Below are positions 27,675 to 42,343 of a stretch of DNA of 64,000 bases, piece after piece. This DNA is from the human T2T-CHM13v2.0 reference genome, Homo sapiens. The stretch lies in the NCBI RefSeq assembly GCF_009914755.1, contig NC_060931.1; one strand, written 5' to 3'. Every line of letters begins with the position of its first letter. Within the stretch, counting starts at the first letter, position 1. Below the pieces are notes generated by a model. The model worked only from the letters and a program-made list of their open reading frames with translations, ran no database searches and was not told the DNA's origin. The translations under genes were made by a program, and so were the position numbers.

Positions 27675-27959
27675 GTGGGGGTCCTAATTTCTGAAAAACA
27701 ACTCAAGGACATATGTCAAGATGTCATCTTCAGTTTCTATAAGGAAGCTAACGTTTTGTGACTCTTATTTGGGTACTATTGTTTAAACTATTACTACTTT
27801 CTTGCTTAGCAGGTCATTCATTCACTTCCCTAATTGCTGGTTGCAGGGCTAGCTAGGTGCCTGGAATTTCCCTTGAAGGGACTCAAATGTTTCTTTATTT
27901 TCGTGCATTGAATGGGGGGCTGGTGGCAGACCCCTAAGAGAGGTTCCTGCTCTGTCTCA
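27675..27959 (-). mobile_element. ERV1 LTR fragment (MER39/MER93-like)
   Basis: Same motifs; ends CCTGCTCTGTCTCA. Confidence 0.65.
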
Positions 27960-28067
27960 ACACTTGTAGCCAGTGGCAAATCTGGAACTAGAATACTGGT
28001 CTCAGCAACAGGAATGTATTCCACAAGCCTTCGTAGAACCTCTTCTAGGTACTCTTCTAGAAAATAA

Positions 28068-28230
28068 GCTAGGTGTGGTGGTGCATGCCAGTAGTCTCAG
28101 GTGTAGTTCAGGTGGGAGGATCCCTTGAGGCCAGGAGTTTGAGGCTGAAGTGCGTTATGATTGTGCCTGTGAATAGCCACTGTACTTTAACCTGGGAAAC
28201 ATAGCAAGACCCCGTCTTTAAAAAAATAAA
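28068..28230 (+). mobile_element. Alu monomer (FAM/FLAM-like)
   Basis: Single arm with TGTGAATAGCCACTG. Confidence 0.7.
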
Positions 28231-28897
28231 CAGGAGAATGAGACTCCAAAGTGTTGATAGCTAGTGATGTGTGGCCTCTTTATAGGGTGTGTATGATTTT
28301 GTATTTTACAAATCCTTCTATAGATAATATAACCAAATTAACGGTAAAAACTCAGTAAGGTATGCAGGCAACTAGAAAATTATTAACCCTATTTTATAGA
28401 CGAATAAGTCAAAGTCCAGAAACAGAAAAGTATCTTTTATAAAAAGTACACATGAAGTTAGTGACAAAATCGAATCTCAGTCCCCAGTTCCTGCTGTGCT
28501 ACTGAGGCTAAACCGCAGCCGGGCCTGTGGCAAATGTTTAATCAGCTGTTGACTGAAGAAAATAAGGTCCGCCTGCCCAACAGCAACCGTTTGTAGAGTC
28601 TCAGAGGCCCAGCTTCTGTCTGTATCTACCTCATGCCCCAGAGGCAGCTTCTAGCAGCTCCGGAGAGCATCCTGCCAGTGGGAGTTGACCCAGCTGCGCC
28701 CCCTTTGAGGGAGAAGTGTGAGGAATTTCCTTACAATGGGGTGGGGAGTTGCGAAGATACTCCTTCCTGAAGGTCTGGCAGTCTGGACCGGGGTGGCAAC
28801 TGGGCGGAGATGATTCCGCTCACGGGAACCCTACCTAGTAACCCGACCTAGTAACGTAACCTCAGAGCCGTTCCTCAGCTAGAAAACAAAGGGATTA

Positions 28898-29115
28898 GGC
28901 CGGGCGCGGGTTTGTAATCCCAGCACTTTGGGAGGCCGAGGCCGCAGGGTCACTTAAGCTCAAGAGTTCGAGACCAGCCTGGGCAACATGGCGAGACCCC
29001 CATCTCTACAAAATATTTAAAAAGTTAGCAGGTTGGGAGGTTCGGTTGAGCCACGGGTTCGAGGTTGCACTGAGCCATGATCGCGCCACTGGGGTCTGAG
29101 CGAGACCACCTCCCT
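28898..29115 (+). mobile_element. Old Alu retaining CpGs at the edge of the ZNF775 CpG island
   Basis: GGCCGGGCGCGG...TGTAATCCCAGCACTTTGGGAGGCCGAGG with internal deletions. Confidence 0.8.
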
Positions 29116-29669
29116 GAAACAGAAAACGAAGGGGTCGGGTATAATGATTTCTAAGGTCCCTCGTAGTGAACCCTAAAAGTTATCACACCCCACGGTGGGG
29201 CTATCGCGGCTTGAGGGCAGCCACAGCCTCAGCCGGGGTTTCTGTCCGGGCCCTGATGGGTCCCCAGCAGGGAGAAACAGCGTCCGGCGCGCTGTGGCGC
29301 TCGGCGAACGTGCGCTGAGTTCAGGCGTTACAACGGGGTCGCACGCGGAGTCCAGGCCTGGCAGGGGTGCCAGGACGCCGCCGGCCATCTGGGGCCCGAC
29401 CTCCCAAGGTCTCCTCCCCGCGGCCGGCGGCTAGCGCGCTCACGGCGCCCGGGCCTTGCGCGCCCGCCGGGGGCGAGGTCAGCCCTCCCCCCTCGGCTAT
29501 TGGCTCCAGAGAACAAAGGAGCCGCCCCGCGGGCTGCTCCGATAGGGCCGGGCGGGTCATCTGAGCGGCGCAGCCAATGGAGTGGCTGGGCGGCCCCGGG
29601 GATGGCCAGGCCCGCCAGCCAATCAGGCACCCGTGCCCGCCCCGCCTGCCCCGGGAATGGCCAGGGCCG

Positions 29670-29734
29670 GGAGCCCGGTGCCCAAGTCGCCCTCGGGGTG
29701 GCAGTTCCCGTTAACCTTAGCCACAAAGTCAAAG
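29670..29734 (+). other. ZNF775: ZNF775 exon 1 (non-coding; TSS approximate)
   Basis: Downstream of CCAAT boxes; donor AAG|gtattt at 29734/29735. Confidence 0.7.
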
Positions 29735-30984
29735 GTATTTATTTCCCCGTCGCCTCCCTCCGAGTCCCTCTGCATTTTGGGCGGGGAGGGGCGGTGCGAG
29801 GGATGGACCAGCGCCCGGCCCCGCTCCTCCCGTGCTGCCTCCGCCCGGCCCGGGCTGGGGCGGAGGGATGGGGCGGGGGCCTGGGGTGCCCCGAGCCCCG
29901 CGCGCCCCCCGAGCCCCGGGTCTCAAGCGTTCCCTCTGCCCCGACACAGCCGAGGGGAAAGGGGCGCGGCCGAGGGTGGGGAGGGCGCCAGGCCAGGGCA
30001 GCGAGGTTAGGAGGGAGGCTAGTGAGAATGGAGGGAGGACGCGGTGGCGAGTAGAGGGGTCGCCCGCGGGCGGTCTCTCCTGGGCTGTCCCGTTGTTCCG
30101 AGTTCCCCGTCCCTGTTCGCCTCCCTGATAGATCAGTTTCTGGGGGCAGGAACCCCAATGCTCGCTGCAGAGTGACAGACACATAGTAGGTGACCAATAA
30201 ATGTGTGATTAAACGAGCGGGGATAAGGATTGGGGGTGGAGATAAGTGAGAGGGAAGCACCGCAGAAGTTGGAAGTGTGTGGTGTCGGGTGTGGCGGAGA
30301 ACTCCTCTCTAGGAAGATGGGCACAGCAGCCGCGAACTCGGTGGGGCGGGGTGCGGGCATCCCCTCTGTGAAGAACGTTGAGGATATCTACATGTGGAAG
30401 GTGTGGAGATGGGTCCTCCTTCGGCCCTTTGAGCAAGATGATCTGAGCTGGGGCTGGGTGTGGTCAGAGCCCCAGGGGTTGGAGGCGGACGACAGCCCAA
30501 GGCTTCACAGCTAACTGTTCCCATGTTCATCTGTAAAATGAAGAGATTAGATGGCAGTTGTCTCCTTTCAGCTTGAAGGTTCATGCTTCCGTGCTTCAAA
30601 TCTGTTTTGTACTGAAATTTCTTTTATTTAAGTGTTCCCTTATGACAGTTTTTATTAATGGATTACTGTGTGTGGAGCCTGTACTGGGTGCAGGGGAGAG
30701 AGAAGGACCCTGTGTTAAGATGCATGTAGTCTTGTGCAGACTAACAAATTGATGACAATGATGATTCCATGTAGATGGTCCTAGGTGCACAGGTTAAACA
30801 GAGAAGGGATTCCTGGCTGTGCCTGGTGTGTCCAAAAAGGCTTCCTGGTCAAAGCGATCCCTAATCTGGGCTGGGAAGGGGAGAACTGAGCAAGGGCCTT
30901 CCAAGGTTGGTCACAGGGTGCGAGGACACGGTGAGTTCAAGAGCCACGAGAGGATGGGGCGTGTCGGGGTGCAATGGGGAAAGA

Positions 30985-31307
30985 TGAGCAGAGTTGAGTT
31001 CTCAGTTCCCTCTTATCCGAGGTGTGCGTGCCAGCAAGTCCATTTGGTGGGGGTCTGGGTTTCTGAAAAACAACTCAAGGACATATGCTAAGATGTTACC
31101 TTTAGTTTCTTTAGGCAACCACACGTTTCGTGTGGTCTGACTTCCTTGCTATTATTTTAGCTACGATTACCTTCTTATCAGGTTGCACATTTACTTCTCA
31201 GGACCAGCTAGGTGCCTGGAATTTCCCTGGAAAGAACTCAAGATTTTCCTTTATTTTCATGATTGGAGGGCACAGCAGGTGCCTGAAGGGGTCCCTGCTC
31301 CATCTCA
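30985..31307 (-). mobile_element. ERV1 LTR fragment (MER39/MER93-like) in ZNF775 intron 1
   Basis: Same motifs; ends GGGGTCCCTGCTCCATCTCA. Confidence 0.65.
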
Positions 31308-34300
31308 CTTTGCTTTCCCAAGGTCCTTTGAATGCAGCAAGGGATGCAAACGTGTTTATTAATTAAAATGTGACACCTCTTCAGAGATTGTTAGCAGCTG
31401 GGTTTATCCTCGGCCTTCAGCTCAGATGCAGGCCCTGACAGGTTCCTGAATATTAGAATTGGGGCCGAGGAATGTAAGTGCAGCTCTCGCCTCTGAAGGG
31501 AGGTGGGTGAGGAGGAGGGGGCCAGGGGTGTGGCGCAGGGGAGGTGTGGGTGGGACAGTTCCAGCAAGCGTGTTTACCTCTGGCCGGTGAAGGAAGTCTT
31601 GGAAGGAGGTACCTCAGGATCATGGCTGGGGTTGAATTGGGGACCTCTGGGAGGTGGGCAGGCATAGTGGATAAGGCAAGTGACCTGCTTGCATGCAGAT
31701 CAGGTCTCCTGGGAATGTCGAGGGGAGCAAACTGAAGCCATGAAACCAGGCTGGCTGTTCATACCCTGAGGTACAGTTCTTATAACCCTGAGTGGGGAGC
31801 GGGTGATGGCAACAGCAACGACCTAAATCGAATTTGTCTTGCACCTTGGGAATGTCTCTCAGAGTCCTCTCACACTGTTTGCGTCCCGCCATCCCCACCC
31901 CCCACCGCCCCCGCCCCACTTGATATAACAATTCTGTACCACGAGCAAGCGTTATTTCCATTTTCAGGTGGGGAAACTGAGGCCCAGAGAAGGAAAGTGG
32001 TTTGCCTGGGATCATGTGGCTAACCAGAAGCAAACCCAATCTCAGTCCCTGTCTGGGGCCTCTCAGCGGCTTTTTCCACTATGGCCTGTTCTTTGGGTTG
32101 GACAGTGGCCCGCCCTTTCCCTTGGCTCCCCTCCTCTGTTCCCTCCCCAGATTGAGGACTGGGGTGTTTGGGAGACTGAGGTCTGAAGATGGTGGAGTAG
32201 GAAGAGGGGAAGGGTCAGGGCTGGGAGAGTGGTCACAGTGGGGGTGGCCTTGTGCTGAGTGGGATCCGGGAAGTTGGAGAGGAGCAGGGTGGGTCATGGG
32301 GGGTGGGACAGGGGAGTTGTGGGAGGCTTCAGGGTGCCTGATGCTGGGTGTGGGGATGGAGGCCTCCAGGTGGGGGAGGGGATGCCCACCTGGTTTGGGC
32401 TGGGACCTCTGGGAGGGGCATGCAGAACCACCCTGGTAAGTGGAGGGCTCTGCAGACAGTGCCACAACCAGAGCCGTGGCAAACCCTCTTCCTCCTGCAT
32501 GGTGGAGCGTGGAGGCTCCTGTGTGGCGCTGGGGGCCTCTGAGATTCCCAACTGGCTGGAAGGAGTGATGGCTTAGGAGGAGTGAGTGGCAGCGGGGACG
32601 CTGGCAGAGAGGCTTGTACAGATACTGCCCGATGCATCCGGCTCAGGCTTGCCGCCCTGTGGTGCTCCTCCCAAACTCAGGGAGCAGGTATTTCCGTTCA
32701 CCTGCGCCTTCAAGAACCTGAGCTCAAAGCGCTGCAATGACTGGCCAGGGACTAGCAGCGGCTCAGTGGTGGGTGGGCTGGGACTTGGGGTTCTTGATTA
32801 AGACATGGGGTCCTGAGGGGAGGGACCAGGAAGGGTGGCCTTGAGAAGGACATCCCTGCCAGCCTCAGGCAGTGGGCTTCTAGGGGGAGACTAGGGCTGA
32901 GGAGCCAGCCAGGTGGCGGCTGAGGGTCACCCAAAGATGGCTGAAGGGGAGAGGGCCCGCTGCATCCCCTTGGGCCAGAGCCCACAGGCCAGGCCCTGAG
33001 GATCTTAGGCTGCACCAGGCTTGCCGGACACAGGCTCATTGTCTCTAGGGCTTTCTGTCTTGCTGTAACGTCTCTCCAGCCAGCTGCAGCTCCTGCTGAC
33101 TTATCCCACCCCAGCGCAGGTCATCCAACGGTGACTTATGGCCCCGGCCTCCTGGCTCGATGAGGGTATGTTGCTTCTGTTTCTACCTCTCTGAGTTCTT
33201 TTCCTCGGAGCAAGTGACCCTGATGGGATGGCCATGGGTGTACAAGGATACTTGTGTCATGGGTGGCTTTGCAGTTCTGTGTTCCTAAGTGTGCTGTGCA
33301 GTGATTCGTGCTGCCCTGGTTCACAGTGGCACGTTTGTGTGTCTGTGGATCTGTAGGTGTGTCTGTGAGTTTTAAAAAATATCTCACATTCTCTGTATTT
33401 GCATAGACAGTTTTGCAGGTGTTCTCACGTAGTTTTGTGTCTTTGAACTTTTGTTTACTTAGCTGTATTTAGATATGATTGTATCTGGGTGTGTTTGTGT
33501 GTGGTTTAGCATTTACATCAGTTTCTTATGTCCCTATGATCATATATTTAAATTAAAAACATCTGCTATTAACTGAAATCAGAGGCAGAGAATACCATTG
33601 CCTGGTCCTGAGGGATTTCTTAATAGTGACAGAAGACTGGAGCCTGAGGAGCCACCTCTTGGGTCCTCCATTGTTTCATTCACTCATCCGTTCATTCATT
33701 CAATACACATTACACACCTTCTGCATATGAGGGACGCGCAGGTGTGGGAGCAAGCCCCCGCTCCCTGGGGCTAACCTGAGTGAGGGGTCTCACAGGGAGA
33801 GAGGACTGGGTGAGGACATAGCAGTCAGGTATGGGCTGCAGGAGGGCAGGGAGGCGCTGGGGACCCGGTGGAGTTGAGAAGGATGAGGCTATAGAAAGGG
33901 GCAGCATGGCAGGGAGGCATTGGCTGGGCATGGGCTGGGACTGGAGAGGCCAGTTTCTGTGGGGGTCTCCTATGGAAGACCAGCTGAGCTGTGCCCAGCA
34001 AGTGAGGACCTGCTGGGACCTCAGGGCTGAGAAGGGCCTGATACTGGGCCTTTGGCTGGGGTTTGGGGAGCTGCCCCCACCCCCAAAAGCCTTAGCGCCT
34101 AGTGGCGGATCCTGCTCCCGCTCCACTAGCAGCAGATGATACCTGTGGCATGGTCTGCTTCTGACTGCCCGACCTGGGGCGCTGAGGCTGTGAGAGCTGT
34201 GCTGGGCTGGTGGGAGGTTCCAGGGGCGGCGATGGGGAGGACCTTGCCTCTTTCTGGCCTGTGGCCTTTCTCCTCCCCCAGCTGCTGTCTGGCCGCCCCA

Positions 34301-35600
34301 CCCCCAAGTCTCTGCCACAACCAAAGCTCCTTTGTTGCCTCCCCCTGCCCCGGGCCTCTCCACCTGCTGCTAGCTCAATCCCCTCTTTGTGTGGTTGGTC
34401 TTCAGTTGTCATGGCAGCTGGGCCCAGGCTGAGGCCTGCCCACTGTGAGGCTCTTAACTGAACTGCAGCCTGACCCGGTGCGCGGAGGGCCGGGCCAGGG
34501 CCAGGCGTGGGAAGGGGGCCCCTGTGTGTCCTGCTCCCCTCAGAGCCCGAGGGGCAGCAGAGAGGAAAGGTGGTCCGGTAGGGGCCCGGGGGCCCTTGTG
34601 CGATAGACAAAGCGGCCTTCCAAGACTTGGTGTGGGCACTGGTGGGAGATGGCGCATCTGGCCCTTGATGCCTGTCTTCCAGCCGGGGCGCTTTGCTGGG
34701 CAGCCTGCTCACCTGGCTCCTGGGTGTCTCCAGGTGGCTGAGGACATGTCAGGATGGTAGGTTAGGAGGGGCCCGCCATGCACAGAGCAGAGTGAAAGGC
34801 AGAATAGGAGAGAAGCTTAGGGTGGGGACGTGTGTGTCTGGCCAGCCTGGAACATGACACATGGAGGGCTTTCCTGGATTTTGTCTGTAGGACACCTGCT
34901 GTGCCATTTCCCAGACATAGCCCACCTGAGCACACAGGTAGAGGCGGGTCCCCAAAGACTTGGCCTCCCCTCATTCCTGTCCTCTGTGTTTCCCCCTTTG
35001 AATTTCTCACTTCTTCCTCTTGGGTCCTCTTCCTTCTGTCTCCATTTCTGTTCTTACGTAAGCCACAGGCTGCTTCCCCTCGAGCCCTGGTATGGCCCGA
35101 GACAGAGGCACCGAGGCTTGAGGGAGGAGCTGCTCTGGGAGGTCCTGGACAGTGGAAGGCCTGCTACTACCTGGAGTGGCTGTTAGGTCCTAATACCTCT
35201 TGGGAGGCAGGGTGGGTGAAGTAGGACTGTCTTTGATTTGCCTTGGGGGTCTCGCTCTGTGGAGACCCAGGCCCATCCTTCTGTCCTCCTGAATTTGTGG
35301 CCTGGGCTCTGCCCTCCTCGGTCTGAGTTCCCCTTACCAAGGTGGCTTCTCTGTCCACTAGCCCCTCTGCGCCTCTTCAGGTGGATGTTAAGTCCAGTTG
35401 GTGAGAGGTTTCCCAAGATGTGGCATGCAGAAGCTCACAGAGTGGCCCCAAGGGAGGAGGGTGGCGAGGGAGGGAGGAGCCCCCAGCACCCATCAGAGCC
35501 CCACCAGGGGCTCCTCCCGCCCCCTTCCCCACTGCTCGCCTTTTCTCTGCACCACAAGCAGGTTCTGTAAGAAACCATGGTAGGCATGCGTACAGACCCC

Positions 35601-36782
35601 TGTTGGGGAAATAGAATTGAAAACAAAATCTCTTGCCAACCCAGAAAAGCTCTTTGCAAAAGTAGAAGAGAAAAACAGCTTTTAAAAGATTGAATGTGCA
35701 TGAAACCAGAATGTGGTGCGCACCATGGACAATCCCCCGAGCAACTGCAAAGACGGGAGCTCTGAGCCTGCAATACCCCAAGCGACTGCAAAGACGGGAG
35801 CTCTGAGCCTGCAATACCCCGAGTGACTGCAAAGACGGGAGCTCTGAGCCTGCAATACCCCGAATGACTGCAAAGACGGGAGCTCTGAGCCTGCAATCCC
35901 TGAGTAACTGCAAAGACGGAAGCTCTCAGCCTGCATGTAGCCGGCAGGTGCAGCCCGTTACAGACATGTTCTCAGGATAAACAGCAACCAGCCCTCCAGC
36001 AAGAGGACTGGACATTACCATTTGTCACACGCAGGCAGGTCGTCCTAAATTCACCTCATAATTGGAGTGACCATCTGTGTTAGCTAATTGCCTTTACCCA
36101 CAGGAAAAATAAAGTTCTTATATTTTTATGACAGGAGATAGTTTTGTGATTTGGAGCCAGGCACCTGCTGAAATTAGGCTCCTACCCTCCCATGGAGACT
36201 GGGAGGCAGGGGTGATGTCTTCCTTGATACTTAAATTTCAAAGAAATGGCCCCCAGGACCTTGGGAAAGACAGTCCTGGGTTGTAATGTTGGCAGAAGGC
36301 TTATTTAGCTTTTTTTTTGAGACAGAGTCTCACTCTGTCACAATCTCGGCTCACTGCAACCTCTGCCTCCTGAGTTCAAACAATTTTCCTGTCTCAGCTT
36401 CCCGAGTAGCTGGGATTACAGACATGTGCCACTACACCCAGCTAAGTTTTGTATTTTTAGTAGAGACGGGGTTTCCCCACGTCGGCCAGGCTTGTCTCAA
36501 ACTCCTGACCTCAGGTGATCTACCCACCTCAGCCTTCCAAAGTGCTGGGAATACAGGCATGAACCACCGTGCCCAGCCTTATTTAACTTTTAAAAAGATT
36601 TATTTCTACTTGAGGAGCATTTACTGCAAAAATAAAAAATAAAGATTCACATGCATCTCAAAAAGACAGAGATAGAGCTTATTAATTAGAAGTTTCTAAA
36701 CAAAATGCTCTTGAAAAAAGTGGGTGTCTCTTCTTCTCTTTGCACCAGGGAAAATGACTTTCTGCATTTTCTAGATTCATAT
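35601..36782 (-). mobile_element. ERV1 LTR (MER34-like) in ZNF775 intron 1, hosting the 41-bp VNTR and an Alu (36310-36578, minus)
   Basis: TG...CA termini; homologous to 9268-11759. Confidence 0.65.
35730..35935. repeat. 41-bp VNTR, 5 copies (GAGTGACTGCAAAGACGGGAGCTCTGAGCCTGCAATACCCC)
   Basis: ACTGCAAAGAC recurs at 35744, 35785, 35826, 35867, 35907. Confidence 0.95.
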
Positions 36783-37357
36783 TCACCCCTCCCCCGACGT
36801 CTCTTGTCAGGGTCCAGATTCCCAGTCTGTGTGTGTGCCCCCAGTGTCTGGGCTCTGAAGGGGACCTAGGAGAGGGAGTCTGGGTCTCTGCGAGGCTCTC
36901 GGGCCCTGGGGTGGGTGTTTCTGTGGGGGTGGCCGAGCCAGGGTGCCTGGGAGGAGGGGCTGACTGAAATCTGGAAGAGCCCCTCCCTGAGGCAGCAGGA
37001 AGGACGAGCTGTGCATCTCTGTGGGGCAGCCACATCTTTGCTCTGCTAGGGGGTACAGGTGCACGGGACCACATCCCTGTCCTTAGGAGAGGTGCACCCC
37101 CAGCGAGGAGGAGATGAGTCTTCAGGCTGCACAGCTCCTGGCCAGGCAGGGCAGCACATTCCTGCCACCTGCATTTGTTACGGGCCCTCTGTGTGCCCGG
37201 CTCTGCTCTGAGCCCTGTGGATCCAGCAGCAAGCATGAAGAGCTCCTGACCTTGCTGTGGTGGGGAACAGAAAAGTTAAGATCATGTCAGGTGGCAAAAA
37301 TGTTAGAGAGGAAACGGGAGGTGGAGTTAGGCTGGTGACTGTAAATAGGAGCGCCAG

Positions 37358-37657
37358 GGGCCAGCACGGTGGCTCACGCCTGTAATCCCAGCACTTTGGG
37401 AGACCGAGGTGGGTAGATCACAAGGTCAGGAGTTCAAGACCAGCCTGGCCAATATGGTGAAACCCTGTCTCTACTAAAAATACAAAAATTAGCTGGGTGT
37501 GGTGGCGCACACCTGTAATCCCAGCTACTTAGGAAGCTGAGGCAGGAGAATCACTTGAACCCAGGAAGTGGTGATTGTAGCGAACTGAGATCGGGCCACT
37601 ACACTCTCAGCCTGGGCAACAGAGGAAGACTCTGTCTCAAAAAAAAAAAAAAAAAAG
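37358..37657 (+). mobile_element. AluS
   Basis: Dimeric Alu. Confidence 0.9.
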
Positions 37658-37874
37658 AAGCACAAGGGATGCCTGCTCTGAGAAGGGGACATTTAAGCTG
37701 GGAGCTGATAGAAGTGTGGGGGGCAAGCCAGGCGGGGATCTGCGGTGAGGGGACAGCCAGGGCAAAGGCGTGGGGCATCCACACAGCAGTGTGACCTGTC
37801 CTGTCATGTTCCAGGCACAGAGTGAGCCACTCAGGAAGCGCTCAGAAGACTTGGGCATAAAAACAAAAAAAGAA

Positions 37875-38162
37875 GGCCGGGCGCAGTGGCTCACGCCTGT
37901 AATCCCAGCACTTCAGGAGACTGAGGCGGGCGGATCATGAGGTCAGGAGATGGAGACCATCCTGGCTAACACGGTGAAACCCCGTCTCTACTAAAAATAC
38001 AAAAAAATAGCCAGGCGTGGTGGCGGGCGCCTGTAGTCCCAGTTACTCAGGAGGCTGAGGCAGAATGGCGTGAACCTGGGAGGCGGAGCTTGCAGTGAAC
38101 TGAGATCCCGCCACTGCACTCCAGCCTGGGCAACAGAGCGAGACTCCATCTCAAAAAAAAAA
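37875..38162 (+). mobile_element. AluY
   Basis: ACCATCCTGGCTAACACGG, GAATGGCGTGAACC, GGAGCTTGCAG. Confidence 0.9.
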
Positions 38163-38813
38163 GATGAATCCTACATCAGTGAACTGGGCATGGGCTCAGC
38201 AATGCCCAATTGACCGTGTGTGTTCTTGTATGGAGATGGCTGGCCCCGAAGCTCCCCAGAGGGATTTGTGCTAGAACATGGATGGGGACTTTGAAAGAGG
38301 GGGCGGGTGACGGAGGAAACGTGTAGGGCCATTCTGCCTTCCGGGTGCATTCCTCATGGCCAGTCGCAGACATGTCTCTAACCTTACTCCAGGCTCCTGC
38401 TTCTCAGGCGTGGTGTCCATCACATGCCGCCCTGCGAATGTTGAGGGTGTGGGCTCTCGTGTGGGAGTTAGAAGACCTGGGTTTTTGTCCAGCTCTGCCA
38501 TTCATCACCTCCATGACTCTGGGCACATCAGGGGTCCTTCGTGGTCTCAGTTTCCTCTTTTGTAAAATGGGAATTATGGCTGTTTTACCTTCTCAGCAGG
38601 TATGCTTACAATGAAAGAACCCCTGCCCATGTCGAATGTGGCTATGGATAGAAAAGCTCTTTGGAAAAGAGAGTGCTTTATGGGATGGGAGGGGGGCTGG
38701 GGACCCTGAGTTTTGTCCTTGTCCCACAGGCCCATTCTCTTTCTTCTGCTTCTCTTTCTGACAGATGGCAGGAAAGGGACACAGCCGGCGCTGATGCTGG
38801 GAGGCCTCCAGGG

Positions 38814-38844
38814 ATGGAGAGTGGCCTGGCTGGCAACGGCACAG
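38814..38844 (+). CDS. ZNF775: ZNF775 exon 2 coding part, MESGLAGNGT+G (exon 38765-38844)
   Basis: Strong acceptor ttctgcttctctttctgacag ends 38764; gggATGG at 38814; donor CAG|gtaaga at 38844/38845; phase 1 matches exon 3. Confidence 0.9.
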
Positions 38845-40200
38845 GTAAGAGAGAAGAAAGAGGAGGCAGGGGAGCGGGGTCTCCTCTGCTGAGGTCACGT
38901 GCCCTTATCTTTTCTAAAGCCAGGCGCGAGCCAGTGCCCTCAGCCAGTAGCTAGTACATCCCACTGATGCAGAATTTCAGGGTGGGGACCAGGACTTAGA
39001 CAGCCATGTCAAAGAATGGAACAATGACAGAGGCTGTGGGAGCTCAAAAAATGGCAAAGCCTGGTCCATTAACTTGCCCAGCAAGGGGACACATGTGCAC
39101 CCATGCCTTGTAGAAATTGAGGTGTTATTTACGTGCTAGAACAGGGAGTTTGTGGGGTTATACTAATTAGACACGGAAAACTGGCACTCTAGGTAGGACG
39201 ATTGGAACAAACCTGTGGCTCATCAGTCAGGACATTGTCTTCAGTTCAGTCCATTAACGCTTCCTGGGGGTCACTCAAAGTTCAGGGTCGTTATTGGCTA
39301 AGCCGCTTAGAGCTGGTTGTGATGAAATACATGCTGCCAGTGGAAAGTTTGCCCGCACAGTCATGTGCTTTTGGCTGGAGCCCCTGCCCAGCGTCCCTGC
39401 GCCTGGAGTGGAGCAGCCCCTGGCGTCTGTGTGTAGCACTTGCAGCCCTTCCTGGAGTGCCCTGTCGCATGTGGCGTGTGGCCCAGCTGCCAGAAGGGCT
39501 CTAGGCCCCTTGGCAGGGTTGAGTCCAGAGCACACCGGCTACCCTTGGGAACCCTGCCCTTTGGCACAGTGTGACTCGGGTTTCTTTACCTCCCTCTCCC
39601 CTCCCAGGGGAATTGCCCCATAGACCCCAGGGCCCCTTCCTCATTGCCTCTGTGGGAAGAGCCGCCTCCCCTCCCAGGAATATCATGTCAGGAGACCCAA
39701 GACTGAGACAAAAATCAGGCAGCGGGGTAAAAGAGAAACGTGGCCGCAAGTGCAAAACATGGCAGCGTGGTGTGTGGACACAGACCCTCAGGGAGCCTAG
39801 CCATGCAGCTGCGCGCCTGTCCAAGGAGCCAGGTGGTGGCAGGAGCACCCTAGCTGCATGTGTGTTTTGGAAATTCCAGTGGAACTCAGAGCACATGTGC
39901 CCAGCGTGTTATAGAAGGCCCTTTCCCCAGATAGACTCATACCTGGGATCCTGAGTCACTGTGAGGTTGCTCTGGTTGATGTGAGCTGTGGTCTGCTGGG
40001 GTCCTCTCTCCTCTCTACGGCAGCTTCTGGGGAACCCTGTGGTTTTAGAGAAGAGTTTGAAAAACACTAGCCTAGACTCCTGGAGACACGGAGGCACGTG
40101 GGGACTGGCCTCTGGCCAGACTGAGGGAACCACTCATCTGGAGGACCCCGTTTTTCAGACAATTGACAGCTTACCTCTTTTAAGCAACTTTTAATTTTTA

Positions 40201-40202
<2 letters not shown>

Positions 40203-40245
<43 letters not shown>
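40203..40245. repeat. (TG)~21 microsatellite in ZNF775 intron 2
   Basis: Pure TG run. Confidence 0.95.
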
Positions 40246-40248
<3 letters not shown>

Positions 40249-41479
40249 ATTATGGCAAAATATACGCAACACTTACCATTGTAACCATTTTTAAGTGTAC
40301 GGTTCAGTGGCATCAGTACATTCAGTGTTGTGTAGCCATCACTGCCATCTATTTCCACAACATTTTCATCACCTGGGAAACTGTACTCATGGAGCAATAA
40401 TCTGTGCTTTGCACCTTCTAATTTTATCTGAACCATTAAAACCTAAAACATGATCCTTTTCATGATGACTGAGGAGCGGTGCCATTATTTCGGGACTCTC
40501 CACGGGCAGGCCAGTGGCCTGCGCTCTTCATATGGATACCTGAACCCTCGGGAGTGTGCCTGGGGCTGCTGGAGCCCCAGCACACTCCACCTCAGCTCCA
40601 GGGCCTCCAGGGATGCGTGCTGGACTTAGCACCTCGCCCAACCCAGTCATTTGCGTCCGCCAGGGGCCCTTCGGCAGGTGGATGTGACAGCACTGTCCTG
40701 GCATCCTGGGGCTCTCTGGCCCACAGTCATCTTTCTGGCTGGAGAGGGCTGAGGGGGAACCAGCCATCAGCCACCTGATGGACACAGCACAGCCACCGGT
40801 CTCAGATTGGTGTGACTCATCCTGGATCATGCCTGTGTGTATACATAGAGACATATGGTTTAATTTTTTATGAATTCAATCAGATGATTCATATGGTTTT
40901 TCAACTTGTTTTTTGTTTTCTCTTAAAATGTTTTGAGAATCTTTTCATATTGGCATACATAGTTCTTTTCCATTCTTTTTACTTGATGCATAGTATTCCA
41001 TATTATGAAGGGAACTATTTTTTAGGATAATTAAGTTATTTTCCATTGTTTGCTGATTACAAAGAACACTTCAGTGAATATTCCTGGACATTCCTCTTTA
41101 CACTCGTATGTCAGTATTTCTTTGGTGAACACGTGGGATGGAATTGCTGGCTGGAAAGGGCCAGAAGGCTCTCCACACTTCTAATTTTAATAAACACTGT
41201 CAGATCGTCCTCCACAAATTCTGCCTCAGTTTATGCTCTCAGAATACCCATGTGTATACTTGTTCTCCTGTGTAGTGTCCACGCATATTGTAAAGTAGAG
41301 GTATTATTGATTTTTTAAATTTTTGTTGGTATGAGGGGTTGAAAGATGCTACACTTTTAGTTTGCATTTTGTTGATGACTAGTGGGGTTGAACCTCTTTT
41401 TATCACGTATAGGAGTCTGTTTTATAGTCTGGATACTAAGCGTTTGTCTATTCTATATCTGCACATATTTTTTCCTGGA

Positions 41480-42343
<864 letters not shown>

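Larger units (their letters stand above)
28750..30400. promoter_or_regulatory. CpG-island promoter of ZNF775 with CCAAT boxes (ATTGG 29499, CCAAT 29574, CCAAT 29619) and GC boxes
   Basis: CpG/GC-rich; AGCCAATGG and AGCCAATCA NF-Y-type motifs just upstream of exon 1. Confidence 0.85.

Noticed and set aside
30200-34300. Antisense lncRNA genes (REPIN1-AS/ZNF775-AS type)
   Set aside because: Plausible from memory and from minus-strand AATAAA near 30652 and 31356, but exons cannot be supported from sequence alone.
35730-35935. CRISPR-like array
   Set aside because: Contiguous units without unique spacers, in primate intronic LTR DNA; it is a VNTR.
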